Origin: an uncultured Clostridia bacterium | Lineage (GTDB): Bacteria; CAYTYR01; UBA6262 | Length of the DNA stretch: 64,000 nucleotides | Reading direction: 5' to 3' | Assembly (NCBI GenBank): GCA_964441745.1 | Contig: CAYTYR010000003.1 | Location: forward strand, 35,348-99,347 | Shown: positions 40,685-50,992 of the stretch, in pieces | Layout: the number at the start of each line of letters is the position of its first letter | Position numbering within the stretch: the first letter of the stretch is position 1 | The notes under the pieces: model-generated | The model's input: the letters and a program-made list of their open reading frames with translations, nothing else | What the model was told of the DNA's origin: nothing | Databases searched by the model: none | Made by a program: the position numbers and the translations under genes

Positions 40685-41380
40685 ATGGCTAAAGAAAAAA
40701 TACTAATTGTGGAAGATGAAAAAGATATTGTAGAATTATTACAATACAACCTGGAAAAAGAAAACTTCAAGATCCAATCCGCCAGTAACGGCCAAAGAGC
40801 GCTCGATCTGGTACGAAAAAACCATCCTGACCTGGTCCTCCTGGACCTGATGCTGCCGGAAATAGACGGTCTGGAAGTATGCCGCATCCTGAAAAAAGAC
40901 TCTAAGACCAGCCATATACCGATCATCATGCTGACCGCTAAATCATCCGAAAGCGACAAAATTGTCGGACTTGAACTCGGAGCTGATGATTATATTACTA
41001 AACCCTTCAGTATGAAAGAGCTCATCGCCCGTATAAGGGCACTGCTGCGTCGACTCAATCCGGAGAACAAACAAGCGGAAGTTATAAAGATCGGTGACGT
41101 TTTCATAGATTTCAGTAAGTATTTGGTAACCCAGAAGAGCAAGCAAGTAGATCTAACCACCAAAGAATTTGAACTGCTCAAAGCCCTGATCAATGCCCGT
41201 GGCCGGGCCATATCCCGTGATTCTTTACTGGAAAATGTCTGGGGCTACGAACATTCCCTGGAGATTACCACCCGCACTGTGGATGTGCACATCCGCTACC
41301 TGCGCAAAAAATTAAAAAGCCTCGCTGACCGTATTATTACCATCAAAAATGTCGGCTATCGTTTAGAACTGGAAGGCTGA
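40685..41380 (+). CDS. phoB: OmpR/PhoB-family two-component response regulator
   Basis: 231 aa; receiver (DLVLLDLMLP) plus winged-helix output (TRTVDVHIRYLRKKL); adjacent to PhoR-like kinase and pst operons; gene name by context. Confidence 0.8.
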   Translation: MAKEKILIVEDEKDIVELLQYNLEKENFKIQSASNGQRALDLVRKNHPDLVLLDLMLPEIDGLEVCRILKKDSKTSHIPIIMLTAKSSESDKIVGLELGADDYITKPFSMKELIARIRALLRRLNPENKQAEVIKIGDVFIDFSKYLVTQKSKQVDLTTKEFELLKALINARGRAISRDSLLENVWGYEHSLEITTRTVDVHIRYLRKKLKSLADRIITIKNVGYRLELEG

Positions 41381-41385
41381 TCTCC

Positions 41386-43152
41386 ATGCAGATCAATCTT
41401 TCCACCAAACTTATCCTTAATTACCTTCTCTTAGTAGCGCTGGTTTTCTCGTGTACTACTTTTATTATCCTGCATAAATTAAATTATGAATCAAAAGTCC
41501 AGCTCGAAAACGAACTGGTAACAAAAGCGCAGTTAATTTCCGAATTTATCCCCGCGCCGATCATTAAACAGAAAAACACAAACCAGATCCAGCCCCTGGT
41601 CATGATCGCTAAACAAAAGGCCCAAGCCCGGATCACTATCATCGCCAAAGACGGCCAGGTACTGGGTGACTCTGAATCCGATCCCGGGGTCATGGAAAAC
41701 CACCGTACCCGCCCGGAAGTAATAGATGCGTTGCAGGGCAAAACAGGAGTCAGCACCCGCTATAGCTATACCCTGCAAAAAAACATGCTCTATATCGCGC
41801 TGCCAGTCAAAGCTATCCGGGGAGAAATCAGCGGGATCATCAGGGTCGCTTTGCCCATCACCACGGTTAATACTTTGACCGTCAATATCTTGCCAAATCT
41901 CTGGATCGGCATTATCGTAGCCCTGGTCTTGACTATTATCCTGGGATATGTCTCTGCTTATGTCATTACTAAACCGATCCGCCAGATCAATGACCTGACC
42001 CAGCAGGGGATCAAAGGCAATTGGTCCCAGAAAATACCAGTCAGCGCCCAGGATGAAATAGGGAGTTTGGCCAGGTCATTAAATCTCTTGTTCCGGCAGG
42101 TCCAGGAGAATATGGAAGCTATTAGAAATGAACAAAACAAGATCACGGCCATAATTTCCAGCATGAGTGAGGGAGTGATCGCCTGTGCTACAGACAGCCG
42201 GATCTTATTAATCAATAAATCCATCGAGAATATTTTTAGTGTGGCCGCGGCGGATTGCCAGGGCAAGATGCTGTTGGAAGCAATACGTAATAATGAGCTG
42301 GATGAAATATTAAATCTGACCCTGCAATCCGGACAGGCGCAACAAAGTGAATTGTCAATTCTTGTGCCCATACAAAAGATCTTCCAGATATATGCCAGTC
42401 CGCTTAAAAAAGAAGACCAGACCATCGGAGCCGTCCTGGTCATGCATGATATCACCGAATTGAAACATTTGGAAAATGTGCGCAAAGAATTCATTTCCAA
42501 TGTTTCCCATGAATTAAAAACTCCTCTGACCTCTATTAAAGGTTTTATCGAAACCCTGCTGGACGGCGCCTTGGAAGATAAAAATAATAGCCGGCGTTTC
42601 CTGACTATTATCCAGGATCATGCCGACCGGCTGGGCAAGCTCATTAATGGTATCCTGGAATTATCCAAACTGGAATCCAAGGAAATAAAATTGGATATCA
42701 AACCAGCAGCCCTGCCAGAGCTCATTAGGAAAACAGTAGAAACCTTTACCCCGCAACTAGTTAAGAGCAAAGTTACCTGCTCGGTAGATATTAAGGAAAC
42801 TCTTCCCCTAGTCCAGGCAGACCAGGATAAAATTGCCCAGGTACTGATCAACCTGCTGGACAATGCCATTAAATTCAATAAAGAGAATGGCAGTATCACC
42901 GTAACTGCCGCAATCCAGGATGATTCTATTAAAATAAGCATCAGCGACACCGGCCTGGGCATCCCGGAAAAAGATCTGCCCCGCATTTTTGAAAGATTTT
43001 ACCGCGTAGACAAAGCCCGCTCCCGCGACCTGGGAGGAAGTGGACTGGGATTATCTATAGTAAAGCATATAATCGAAGCCCATCAGGGCCAGGTCGGCGT
43101 AGAAAGCATCGAAGGAAACGGCTCCACTTTCTGGTTCACCCTGCCTAGGTAA
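41386..43152 (+). CDS. phoR: PhoR-like sensor histidine kinase
   Basis: 588 aa; two TM segments, PAS-like region, H-box SNVSHELKTPLTSI, G-boxes DTGLGIP and GSGLGLSIVK. Confidence 0.8.
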   Translation: MQINLSTKLILNYLLLVALVFSCTTFIILHKLNYESKVQLENELVTKAQLISEFIPAPIIKQKNTNQIQPLVMIAKQKAQARITIIAKDGQVLGDSESDPGVMENHRTRPEVIDALQGKTGVSTRYSYTLQKNMLYIALPVKAIRGEISGIIRVALPITTVNTLTVNILPNLWIGIIVALVLTIILGYVSAYVITKPIRQINDLTQQGIKGNWSQKIPVSAQDEIGSLARSLNLLFRQVQENMEAIRNEQNKITAIISSMSEGVIACATDSRILLINKSIENIFSVAAADCQGKMLLEAIRNNELDEILNLTLQSGQAQQSELSILVPIQKIFQIYASPLKKEDQTIGAVLVMHDITELKHLENVRKEFISNVSHELKTPLTSIKGFIETLLDGALEDKNNSRRFLTIIQDHADRLGKLINGILELSKLESKEIKLDIKPAALPELIRKTVETFTPQLVKSKVTCSVDIKETLPLVQADQDKIAQVLINLLDNAIKFNKENGSITVTAAIQDDSIKISISDTGLGIPEKDLPRIFERFYRVDKARSRDLGGSGLGLSIVKHIIEAHQGQVGVESIEGNGSTFWFTLPR

Positions 43153-43180
43153 CCCGGCAAAATCAAAATTTTAAACTTGC

Positions 43181-43219
43181 AACCCCTGTTTACTACAATA
43201 AACAGGGGTTTTCCGTTTT
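43181..43219 (+). terminator. rho-independent terminator after phoR
   Basis: CCCCTGTTTA-CTACAA-TAAACAGGGG hairpin followed by TTTTCCGTTTT. Confidence 0.65.
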
Positions 43220-43325
43220 ACGCAGATTTTACTTATTGCTAATTCATTCTTATTCCCTATCCTTTATATTTATCCCAGATAAAACAGCAGAGGAGGAAAT
43301 CCCGGGAGGCCCGGGATAAGAACTT

Positions 43326-43712
43326 ATGAACAAGAAGATCATTTTAATCGTTGAGGACGACCTGCCTATTATTGAATTGCTTACCTACAACCTGAACAAA
43401 GAAGGATTCAATGTCATTGCCCTGCCCAACGGGGAGACAGTGTTGGAGCTGGCCGGTAAGGTCAAGCCTGACCTGATCATCCTGGACCTGATGATGCCGG
43501 GACTAAATGGCCATGAAATCCTGTATCTGCTTAAACGCAATATGCAGTTATACCAAATCCCGGTCATTATTATCAGCGCTTTGATCAATAAAGATGTCAT
43601 TAACAAATCTTTTGAACTAAAAGCGGCAGAGTATGTCGCCAAGCCTTTTAATGTCGGTGAATTGATTAAAATAGTGCGCCGGGTACTGTCCCAGGAAGCG
43701 GTTGCGGTTTAA
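43326..43712 (+). CDS. stand-alone response regulator receiver domain
   Basis: 128 aa; IVEDD, DLIILDLMMP, conserved K in AKPF. Confidence 0.8.
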   Translation: MNKKIILIVEDDLPIIELLTYNLNKEGFNVIALPNGETVLELAGKVKPDLIILDLMMPGLNGHEILYLLKRNMQLYQIPVIIISALINKDVINKSFELKAAEYVAKPFNVGELIKIVRRVLSQEAVAV

Positions 43713-43829
43713 CTTACATTTTACTTGATATTCATTTCACCCTAACATCCTTTATTTATAATTAACTCATACATAATGCAACTATGCCTCACGAACAACC
43801 TAAAAAAGGAGGTGTCCAGTAAATGTTCA

Positions 43830-43866
43830 TTTTGTAATCGTTTTTAGAAATCTGTGTAATCATTTT
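43830..43866. promoter_or_regulatory. GTAATC direct-repeat element upstream of porin gene (candidate Pho box)
   Basis: TTTTGTAATCGTTTTTAGAAATCTGTGTAATCATTTT; two TGTAATC units 22 bp apart; reverse complement of the pstS-upstream motif. Confidence 0.4.
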
Positions 43867-43882
43867 AATAAAGGAGGAAGAC

Positions 43883-44950
43883 ATGTTGAAAGCCGTAAAA
43901 ACAGCAGTTGTTTGTATGTTACTGTTAAACTTGAGCCAAATAGCCTTTGCCGCTGCCGGAGATTGGACCTTTAGTGGAACCAACTGGTTAAGGACACGGG
44001 TAATAAGCAAGGACCTGCAAGGTCCGCTGAAGGATACTGATAAAACTACTGATTCCGGATTTTCGGTAGATCGGGGTTATGTCCGGTACGCCTACCAGTT
44101 CACTGATACGATCAAAGGACAATGGACGGCGGATTTCTTTTCCGCTAAGACCGGTGATTTCAAGGATGGCGCCGGGATTAAGCTTAAAGAAAGCTATGTG
44201 GACCTGCCGATAGGGATCCCGGAAGGAAAATTGACATTCGGTTTACAGAAGAACTATCTCGGCTTGATCTATGATTATGATTACCGTATTATCGAGAAGG
44301 AATTTATAGACCGGAATGGTATTGATGCTTCAGCAGACAATGGCCTGGTGCTGAACGGCTACTTCCCCATGGGCTATGGCGCTTATGCTGTCGGATTATA
44401 TAATGGTGAGGGGTATAAGAAAGCCCTTAGTCCTGATGTCAATACCGAGTTGGCTGTGGTGGCTGATGCCAGGTTTATTCTTATTCCCGGCTTGACAGTG
44501 GGCGCCAGCTATAAGCGCGACTTGCAGGGAACTGTAGCCGCCACCGGCAACAATGCTTATAATACCAATAACCTGATGGTCGGCATGATCCGCGCCGCGT
44601 ACGGACAATTTGATCTGTGGGGCGAATACATTGACCAAAAGATCGATACTTACAGCACGACTACTAACACCTTCACGGATATTAAAAAGAAAGGCTTCTC
44701 CCTTATGCCCTCGTACCAGGTCAATGCCGACTGGACTATCCTGGCCAGGTACGATAGCTGGGATCCTAACGCCGATTCTACTAATGATAAAGTCAATACG
44801 ATAATAGCCGGTGTAAATTATGCTATAACCAAAGGCGTTTTACTGCAATTGAATTACCAAAAAGATGATCCGGAAAACAGCGCCACCGCTTCAACAACTC
44901 AATACCTGGCGCAGTTAGCCTGGAGTTTTTCGAGAGTGTTTGTACAATAG
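43883..44950 (+). CDS. putative outer-membrane beta-barrel porin (Pho-regulon associated)
   Basis: 355 aa; signal peptide ending AFAAAG; alternating Tyr/Gly-rich beta-strand-like composition; GGAGGAAG SD. Confidence 0.5.
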   Translation: MLKAVKTAVVCMLLLNLSQIAFAAAGDWTFSGTNWLRTRVISKDLQGPLKDTDKTTDSGFSVDRGYVRYAYQFTDTIKGQWTADFFSAKTGDFKDGAGIKLKESYVDLPIGIPEGKLTFGLQKNYLGLIYDYDYRIIEKEFIDRNGIDASADNGLVLNGYFPMGYGAYAVGLYNGEGYKKALSPDVNTELAVVADARFILIPGLTVGASYKRDLQGTVAATGNNAYNTNNLMVGMIRAAYGQFDLWGEYIDQKIDTYSTTTNTFTDIKKKGFSLMPSYQVNADWTILARYDSWDPNADSTNDKVNTIIAGVNYAITKGVLLQLNYQKDDPENSATASTTQYLAQLAWSFSRVFVQ

Positions 44951-44954
44951 AGAC

Positions 44955-44989
44955 GATTACACAGATTAGAAAGAAAGATTACACAGATT
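44955..44989 (+). promoter_or_regulatory. tandem GATTACACAGATT boxes upstream of pstS (candidate Pho box/operator)
   Basis: two identical 13-mers at 44955-44967 and 44977-44989, 22 bp centre to centre, ending 16 nt before the pstS ATG. Confidence 0.45.
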
Positions 44990-45004
44990 AAAAAGGAGAC
45001 GACG

Positions 45005-45820
45005 ATGAAAAAAGTAGTAAAAGCAATATGTATGCTAAGCATCTTAAGTTTGATCGCCGGCAATGTACTGGCGGGGCAGAAATTGACCATGAGCGGCTCC
45101 ACTACGGTTCTGCCGATCGCCCAGAAAGCGGCAGAAGAATTTATGAATGCCCATCCTGACGTGGATATCAGTGTCAGGGGCGGCGGTTCCGGCGTTGGCG
45201 TCGCGGCAATTATTGACGGCACTGTAGATATTGGCAATTCTTCCCGCGCCGCTAAAGCCAAGGAGATCGCCACCGCCAGGGGCAAAGGGGTTAATCTATC
45301 CGGTACGATAATCGCCAAAGACGGTATCTGTATCATAGTTAATAAAGCTAACAGTATCAGCAGTATCTCCCTGGAGACGGCAAAAAAGATCTATACCGGC
45401 GAGATCAGTAAATGGAGCGAAGCCGGGGGCAGCGGCAGTACGATCGTAGTTATTTCACGGGATACGGCCAGCGGCACTTTTGAGGTTTTTAATGAAAAAG
45501 TGCTCAAAGGCAGCAAAGTAAGGGAAGACGCCATGATGCTGGCTTCCAACCAGGCCATCTTAACCTCTGTGTCCACTACCCCAGGAGCTGTCGGGTACAT
45601 TGGATTAGGTTATGTCACGGATGAAGTCAAATCCCTGGTGGTCAATGGGGTCACGGCAACGAAGGAAACCGTGATCAGCGGCAAATATCCGGTAAGCCGT
45701 CCATTATATATGTATACTAATGCCGCGCCTAAGGGCCTGGCTAAGCAATTCCTGGATTATATACTCAGCCCTACGGGACAGAAACTAGTAGAAGAAGTAG
45801 GATTTATCGCAGTAAAGTAA
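45005..45820 (+). CDS. pstS: phosphate ABC transporter substrate-binding protein PstS
   Basis: 271 aa; signal peptide; GSTTV and SRDTASGT phosphate-binding motifs; AAGGAG SD. Confidence 0.9.
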   Translation: MKKVVKAICMLSILSLIAGNVLAGQKLTMSGSTTVLPIAQKAAEEFMNAHPDVDISVRGGGSGVGVAAIIDGTVDIGNSSRAAKAKEIATARGKGVNLSGTIIAKDGICIIVNKANSISSISLETAKKIYTGEISKWSEAGGSGSTIVVISRDTASGTFEVFNEKVLKGSKVREDAMMLASNQAILTSVSTTPGAVGYIGLGYVTDEVKSLVVNGVTATKETVISGKYPVSRPLYMYTNAAPKGLAKQFLDYILSPTGQKLVEEVGFIAVK

Positions 45821-45843
45821 GAACGCCATCGTTCTTACACCCC

Positions 45844-45896
45844 GGCTAAAGGCGTCAGGGATTCACCTCCCCACGCCTTTAGCCAATCGTTTTTAT
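45844..45896 (+). terminator. intercistronic hairpin/attenuator between pstS and pstC
   Basis: GGCTAAAGGCGT ... ACGCCTTTAGCC 12-bp stem followed by AATCGTTTTTATT. Confidence 0.55.
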
Positions 45897-45911
45897 TAAA
45901 AGGATCAAATA

Positions 45912-46796
45912 ATGGCTAGTAACAAGAAAATTAGAGAACTAATACTTGAATGGCTTTTTCTTTTCTTTGCTTTCCTATCCAATATTTTATTAGTCGGTAT
46001 TATCATCATACTTTTTAAGGAAAGCTTACCCCTATTCAAGGAAATTAAAGTCCTGGATTTCCTGCTGGGCCGGCACTGGTATCCCACTTATGACCCGCCG
46101 GAATTCGGCATCCTGCCGCTGATACTCGGGTCACTATGGGTAACTATCGGTTCTTTACTGGTGGCAGTACCGCTGGGACTGGGCGCGGCTATGTATATAT
46201 CTGAGATCGCTTCAACTAACTTAAAAGAAATACTGAAACCGGCGGTAGAGGTGTTGGCCGGTATTCCCTCCGTCGTACTGGGATTTTTCGGTATGGTCGT
46301 GATCGCCCCTTTCCTGCAGAATGTTTTCAAGCTGCCTACCGGGCTCAATGCTTTGAATGCCTCTATTTTGCTGGGAATTATGGCTATCCCCACTATCACC
46401 AGCATTTCCGAAGATTGTATTTCCGCGGTACCGCGCGGATTCAAAGAAGCTTCATACGCTTTGGGCGCCAACCGCTGGGAGACTATGATCAAGGTCACTG
46501 TCCCGGCGGCTTTTTCCGGCATCAGTTCAGCGGTCATTTTGGGCATGGGACGCGCGATAGGCGAGACCATGACCGTGCTGATGGTCGCCGGCGGCGCGGC
46601 TATTATTCCGCATTCATTCCTGCAGCCGGTGCGGACCATGACCGCTACCATAGCCGCGGAAATGGGCGAAACCGCTATCGGCAGTGAACATTATTTTGCT
46701 CTGTTTGGTATCGCGGTAGTGCTTTTTATCCTGACCCTTATTTTTAATATCATCGCGGACCTGGTCGCCCAACGCTTCAGGAAAAGGATCGTCTAG
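45912..46796 (+). CDS. pstC: phosphate ABC transporter permease PstC
   Basis: 294 aa, multi-TM; permease signature region around ASYALGA. Confidence 0.9.
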   Translation: MASNKKIRELILEWLFLFFAFLSNILLVGIIIILFKESLPLFKEIKVLDFLLGRHWYPTYDPPEFGILPLILGSLWVTIGSLLVAVPLGLGAAMYISEIASTNLKEILKPAVEVLAGIPSVVLGFFGMVVIAPFLQNVFKLPTGLNALNASILLGIMAIPTITSISEDCISAVPRGFKEASYALGANRWETMIKVTVPAAFSGISSAVILGMGRAIGETMTVLMVAGGAAIIPHSFLQPVRTMTATIAAEMGETAIGSEHYFALFGIAVVLFILTLIFNIIADLVAQRFRKRIV

Positions 46797-47668
46797 TGCT
46801 GAATATAAGTAATCGTAAATGGCGTGAGTTCAAACAACAAATAGGTTTTATGGCCGTGCGCCTGGCCGCACTAATAATCTTCATTATCCTGGGTATTTTG
46901 CTCTACTTCATATTCAGTCGCGGCATTACCGTGATCAGTTGGGACTTCCTGACCAAGATGCCGGAGAAAGGTATGACGGCCGGAGGCATATTCCCGGCCA
47001 TATTGGGTACTTTTTATCTTACTATGGGAGCCATACTGTTCGCCCTGCCACTGGGTATATTGGCGGCTATTTATATGACTGAATATGCCACTCAGGGGAA
47101 GATCATCCGTATTATCCGTATTGGTATCAGCAACCTGGCCAGCGTGCCTTCAATTGTTTTCGGGTTATTTGGTTTGGCGCTTTTCGTTAATTACCTGAAG
47201 TTCGGCGTTTCCATTCTTTCCGGAAGCTTGACCCTGGGGATCATGATCCTGCCGGTAATAATCAGGGCCAGTGAGGAAGCTTTATTGTTAGTGCCTCAAG
47301 GTTTCCGTGAAGCATCCCTGGCTTTGGGCGCGACCAAGTGGCAGACTATCTATAAGATCGTATTGCCTAATGCCAGCGGCGGGATCATTACCGGGGCTAT
47401 ACTCGGTGTCGGCCGGGTAGCCGGGGAAACAGCGCCTATTCTATTCACTGCGGCAACTTTTTATATCCGGAAATTGCCTGATTCCATTTTCAGCGAGGTC
47501 ATGGCCCTGCCCTATCATATCTATGCTTTAATGACCGAAGGCAGTCATCCTAAAGAACAAAAAGCCATCGCTTATGGCGCTTCCTTAGTGCTTATTATTA
47601 TGGTCCTGGGGATCAACCTGTTAGCGATTTTTATCCGTAACCATTACAGGAGGAAAAAGAAATGGTAA
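46796..47668 (+). CDS. pstA: phosphate ABC transporter permease PstA
   Basis: 290 aa, multi-TM; GTG start overlapping pstC stop; [13 protein letters not shown] signature. Confidence 0.9.
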   Translation: MLNISNRKWREFKQQIGFMAVRLAALIIFIILGILLYFIFSRGITVISWDFLTKMPEKGMTAGGIFPAILGTFYLTMGAILFALPLGILAAIYMTEYATQGKIIRIIRIGISNLASVPSIVFGLFGLALFVNYLKFGVSILSGSLTLGIMILPVIIRASEEALLLVPQGFREASLALGATKWQTIYKIVLPNASGGIITGAILGVGRVAGETAPILFTAATFYIRKLPDSIFSEVMALPYHIYALMTEGSHPKEQKAIAYGASLVLIIMVLGINLLAIFIRNHYRRKKKW

Positions 47669-48438
47669 GTAGTATCGGGAACACCAATCTGCGCATGGAA
47701 GTAAAAAACCTTAATTTTTATTATGGCCGGAACCTGGCTTTAAAAAATATCAATATGGGAATAGAAAATAACAAGGTGACCGCAGTGATCGGTCCGTCTG
47801 GCTGCGGCAAATCCACTTTTATCAGGATCTTGAACCGGATGAATGATATAATCATTGGCAGCCGGGTGGAAGGCGAGATCCTGCTGGACAGGGAAAATAT
47901 CTATGATCCCCGCATGGATGTGGTGGAGATACGCCGCAAGATCGGCATGGTGTTCCAGAAATCAAATCCTTTTCCCAAATCCATTTTTGATAATATTGCT
48001 TATGGCCTGCGGATCAATGGCCTGAGTAATAAAACAGAAATAACCGATCGGGTGGAAATGAGCCTGAAAAATTCCGCTCTCTGGGAAGAAGTACAGGACC
48101 GCTTGGATGATAATGCTTTTGAACTGTCAGGCGGGCAGCAGCAAAGATTATGCATTGCCCGGGCTTTGGCCATCGAACCGGAAGTGATCTTGTTCGATGA
48201 GCCTTGTTCCGCTTTGGACCCTATCTCCACTGCCAAGATCGAGGAATTGATCAACCAGCTGAAAGAAAAATATACTATTGCTATTGTCACCCATAATATG
48301 CAGCAAGCGGCGCGTATTTCTGATTATACCGGGTTCTTTCTGCTGGGGGAGTTAATCGAATTCGATAAAACGGAAAAAATATTCACCAATCCGGCTCGGA
48401 AGCAGACTGAGGATTATATCACCGGCAGATTTGGATAA
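47662..48438 (+). CDS. pstB: phosphate ABC transporter ATP-binding protein PstB
   Basis: Walker [13 protein letters not shown] signature LSGGQQQRL, Walker B ILFDEP; AGGAGG SD. Confidence 0.9.
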   Translation: MVSSIGNTNLRMEVKNLNFYYGRNLALKNINMGIENNKVTAVIGPSGCGKSTFIRILNRMNDIIIGSRVEGEILLDRENIYDPRMDVVEIRRKIGMVFQKSNPFPKSIFDNIAYGLRINGLSNKTEITDRVEMSLKNSALWEEVQDRLDDNAFELSGGQQQRLCIARALAIEPEVILFDEPCSALDPISTAKIEELINQLKEKYTIAIVTHNMQQAARISDYTGFFLLGELIEFDKTEKIFTNPARKQTEDYITGRFG

Positions 48439-48478
48439 ATCCCTTGAAACAGAGCAAGGTTTTTGCTATACTAAGTCC

Positions 48479-49270
48479 ATGCAAAAACCAATGCTCGTCT
48501 TTTTTTTATGTCTGCTGGTCATTACTAGTTGTGCCCGTAACGAACAACAGAAAGGTATCACTGTCGCGGGATCGACCAGTGTCCAGCCTTTTGCTGACAA
48601 ATGGGCAGAAGTATATATGGAGGAACACCCTGACCGCGTGGTTAATGTCCAGGGAGGTGGATCCAGCGCCGGGATCCAGGCAGCAAAGAGCGGAGCGGCG
48701 AATATCGGTACTTCTTCCCGTGAACTAAAGACAGATGAAAAAGACTTAAATGAAATTGTTGTAGCCCGTGATGGATTGGCAGTAATAGTACATCCTGCCA
48801 ATCAAGTTAATAACCTGTCCATGGTGCAGTTGAAAGACATCTTTGCCGGAACCATCCTGAATTGGAAAGAAGTGGGTGGTATTGACCGGCCGATCACAGT
48901 GGTTACACGCGAGGAAGGCTCTGGAACCCGTGGCGCTTTCCAGGATATGGTCATGGGGAAAACCCGTATTTGCAAATGGGCTATTGTTCAGGATTCTAAT
49001 GGAGCGGTCAGGGAAATCATCTCTGGCGACCCCCATGCCATGGGGTATATATCTTTAGGCTTGGTGAATGATAAAGTAAAAGCTTTAAAATTAGATAACA
49101 TTACTGCTACTGACGAAAATATAATTACTAAGAGATATAAACTGGTTCGTCCTTTCTTGTTTGTCACCAAAGGACAACCAACCGGACAGGTCAAGGATTT
49201 TATAACCTTTGCGCTTTCCCAGGAAGGCCAGAGCCTCGTAGAAAAGGAAGGTCTTATTCCAGCCAAATGA
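48479..49270 (+). CDS. pstS: second phosphate-binding protein PstS (lipoprotein form)
   Basis: ATG at 48479 gives lipoprotein signal MQKPMLVFFLCLLVITSC; GSTSV and TREEGSGT motifs; ORF-track start 48431 is a TTG. Confidence 0.85.
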   Translation: MQKPMLVFFLCLLVITSCARNEQQKGITVAGSTSVQPFADKWAEVYMEEHPDRVVNVQGGGSSAGIQAAKSGAANIGTSSRELKTDEKDLNEIVVARDGLAVIVHPANQVNNLSMVQLKDIFAGTILNWKEVGGIDRPITVVTREEGSGTRGAFQDMVMGKTRICKWAIVQDSNGAVREIISGDPHAMGYISLGLVNDKVKALKLDNITATDENIITKRYKLVRPFLFVTKGQPTGQVKDFITFALSQEGQSLVEKEGLIPAK

Positions 49271-50130
49271 ACAGGATTGAAAGAAACGAAAAACTCATAG
49301 AGCTGGCTTTACTCGTCTTAGCTTTCTCCGCTGTTTCCATATTGGTGGTGATCACTCTCTTTATTTTCAAAGAGGGCACTCCCATTATGTTCAAATATGG
49401 GTTTAAAAATTTTCTTTTAGGCACAGATTGGTATCCTACGGAACATAGTTTTGGCCTTTTATCGATGATCATTGGATCGATCATGGTGACTATCGGCTCG
49501 CTCTTTATCGGGATACCTTTTGGCCTGGCTTGCGCGATCTTCCTGACTGAATTTTCCACTAAGCGTCTCCGCCAGATCATTAAACCTATTATCGAGCTAT
49601 TAGCTGGAATACCTTCAGTGGTGTACGGTTTTATGGGAGTCATCATCCTGGTGCCTTTTATTCGCGAAAAATTCGGCGGACCAGGGTTCTCGGTATTGGC
49701 TGCATCCATTATTCTGGGTATCATGATCTTACCCACTATCATTAGTATTTCCATAGATTCTTTGCAGGCGGTACCGCGGAGCTATCGCGAAGGCTCGATC
49801 GCCTTGGGCGCCACTAAATGGCAAACCACCAAAATGGTTACCCTGCCGGCAGCCAAATCTGGTATTATCGCCAGTATCATTCTGGGTATGGGCCGGGCTA
49901 TCGGGGAAACCATGGCCACCATTATGATCGCCGGTAACGCGGTCATGATCCCTCACTCTATTTTAGATCCAGTCCGGACTTTAACCTCTAATATAGCCTT
50001 GGAAATGGGCTATGCCAGCGGTGAACATCGCCAGGCTTTGTTTGCTACTGGTGTTATATTATTCATTATTATCATGGTCTTAAATACAATTGCCAATGCC
50101 ACTTCCGCCAAGGGAAAGGCAGCTAAGTAA
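49267..50130 (+). CDS. pstC: phosphate ABC transporter permease PstC, second copy
   Basis: 287 aa multi-TM paralogue of 45912-46796; ATGA overlap with pstS2 stop. Confidence 0.9.
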   Translation: MNRIERNEKLIELALLVLAFSAVSILVVITLFIFKEGTPIMFKYGFKNFLLGTDWYPTEHSFGLLSMIIGSIMVTIGSLFIGIPFGLACAIFLTEFSTKRLRQIIKPIIELLAGIPSVVYGFMGVIILVPFIREKFGGPGFSVLAASIILGIMILPTIISISIDSLQAVPRSYREGSIALGATKWQTTKMVTLPAAKSGIIASIILGMGRAIGETMATIMIAGNAVMIPHSILDPVRTLTSNIALEMGYASGEHRQALFATGVILFIIIMVLNTIANATSAKGKAAK

Positions 50131-50966
50131 TGTATATCAATCCTAAACTTGAACAAAAAATGGTACAATCAATCCTCTGGCTTTTTACCCTTATTACTAT
50201 ATTCATACTTTTTTTCATTATTTTTTATATTCTGCGTAAAGGCCTGCCGGTATTAAACTATACTTTTTTAACAACCAATCCCATGGATATGGGGAAAAGC
50301 GGCGGTATCTATTCTACGATCATCGGCACCATAGCCCTGACTATCGGGGCACTTATTGTAGCCACTCCCCTAGGAGTGGGAACAGCCATTTATCTTAATG
50401 AATATACCAGGGAAAGCAAGATGACCAAGGTTATCCGCTTTGGTTCTGAGTGTCTGGCAGGTATTCCCTCAATTATCTTTGGGTTGTTCGGCTTTATTTT
50501 ATTTGTAACTAAATTAAAAATGGGTTGGTCCATATTGAGCGGCAGCCTGACCATGGCTTTCATGCTCCTGCCGACTATCATCAGGACCAGTGAAGAAGCG
50601 CTAAAGTCTGTACCATATAATTACCGGGAAGTAAGTTATTCCCTGGGTGGCACCAAATGGCAAACAGTCACTAAAGTGGTTTTCCCTTCCGCTCTACCCG
50701 GAATATTGACCGGTATCATCTTGAGTATTGGCCGAAGCGTTGGTGAAACAGCGGCTACTATTTTTACGGCTGGCAGCGCTTTGCGTATGCCAACTTCTAT
50801 CTTTTCATCCTCACGGACTATGGCGGTACATTTTTATATCCTGGCCCGTGAAGGGATCTCCATGCCCAACGCTTATGGCACAGCTGCTGTATTGATCATT
50901 ACTATTTTATTTATTAACATTATTTCGTACAGGCTGATGCATCAATTCATGAAGAAGTATTCATAA
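50130..50966 (+). CDS. pstA: phosphate ABC transporter permease PstA, second copy
   Basis: 278 aa multi-TM paralogue of 46796-47668. Confidence 0.9.
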   Translation: MYINPKLEQKMVQSILWLFTLITIFILFFIIFYILRKGLPVLNYTFLTTNPMDMGKSGGIYSTIIGTIALTIGALIVATPLGVGTAIYLNEYTRESKMTKVIRFGSECLAGIPSIIFGLFGFILFVTKLKMGWSILSGSLTMAFMLLPTIIRTSEEALKSVPYNYREVSYSLGGTKWQTVTKVVFPSALPGILTGIILSIGRSVGETAATIFTAGSALRMPTSIFSSSRTMAVHFYILAREGISMPNAYGTAAVLIITILFINIISYRLMHQFMKKYS

Positions 50967-50992
50967 GGATTTAGCACCAGACAGGACACCTA

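Noticed and set aside
41958-42986. Minus-strand ORFs of 180 and 122 aa
   Set aside because: Antisense to the PhoR-like kinase; no start context or domain signal.
46088-46651. 187-aa minus-strand ORF
   Set aside because: Antisense to pstC, which has clear permease features; shadow ORF.
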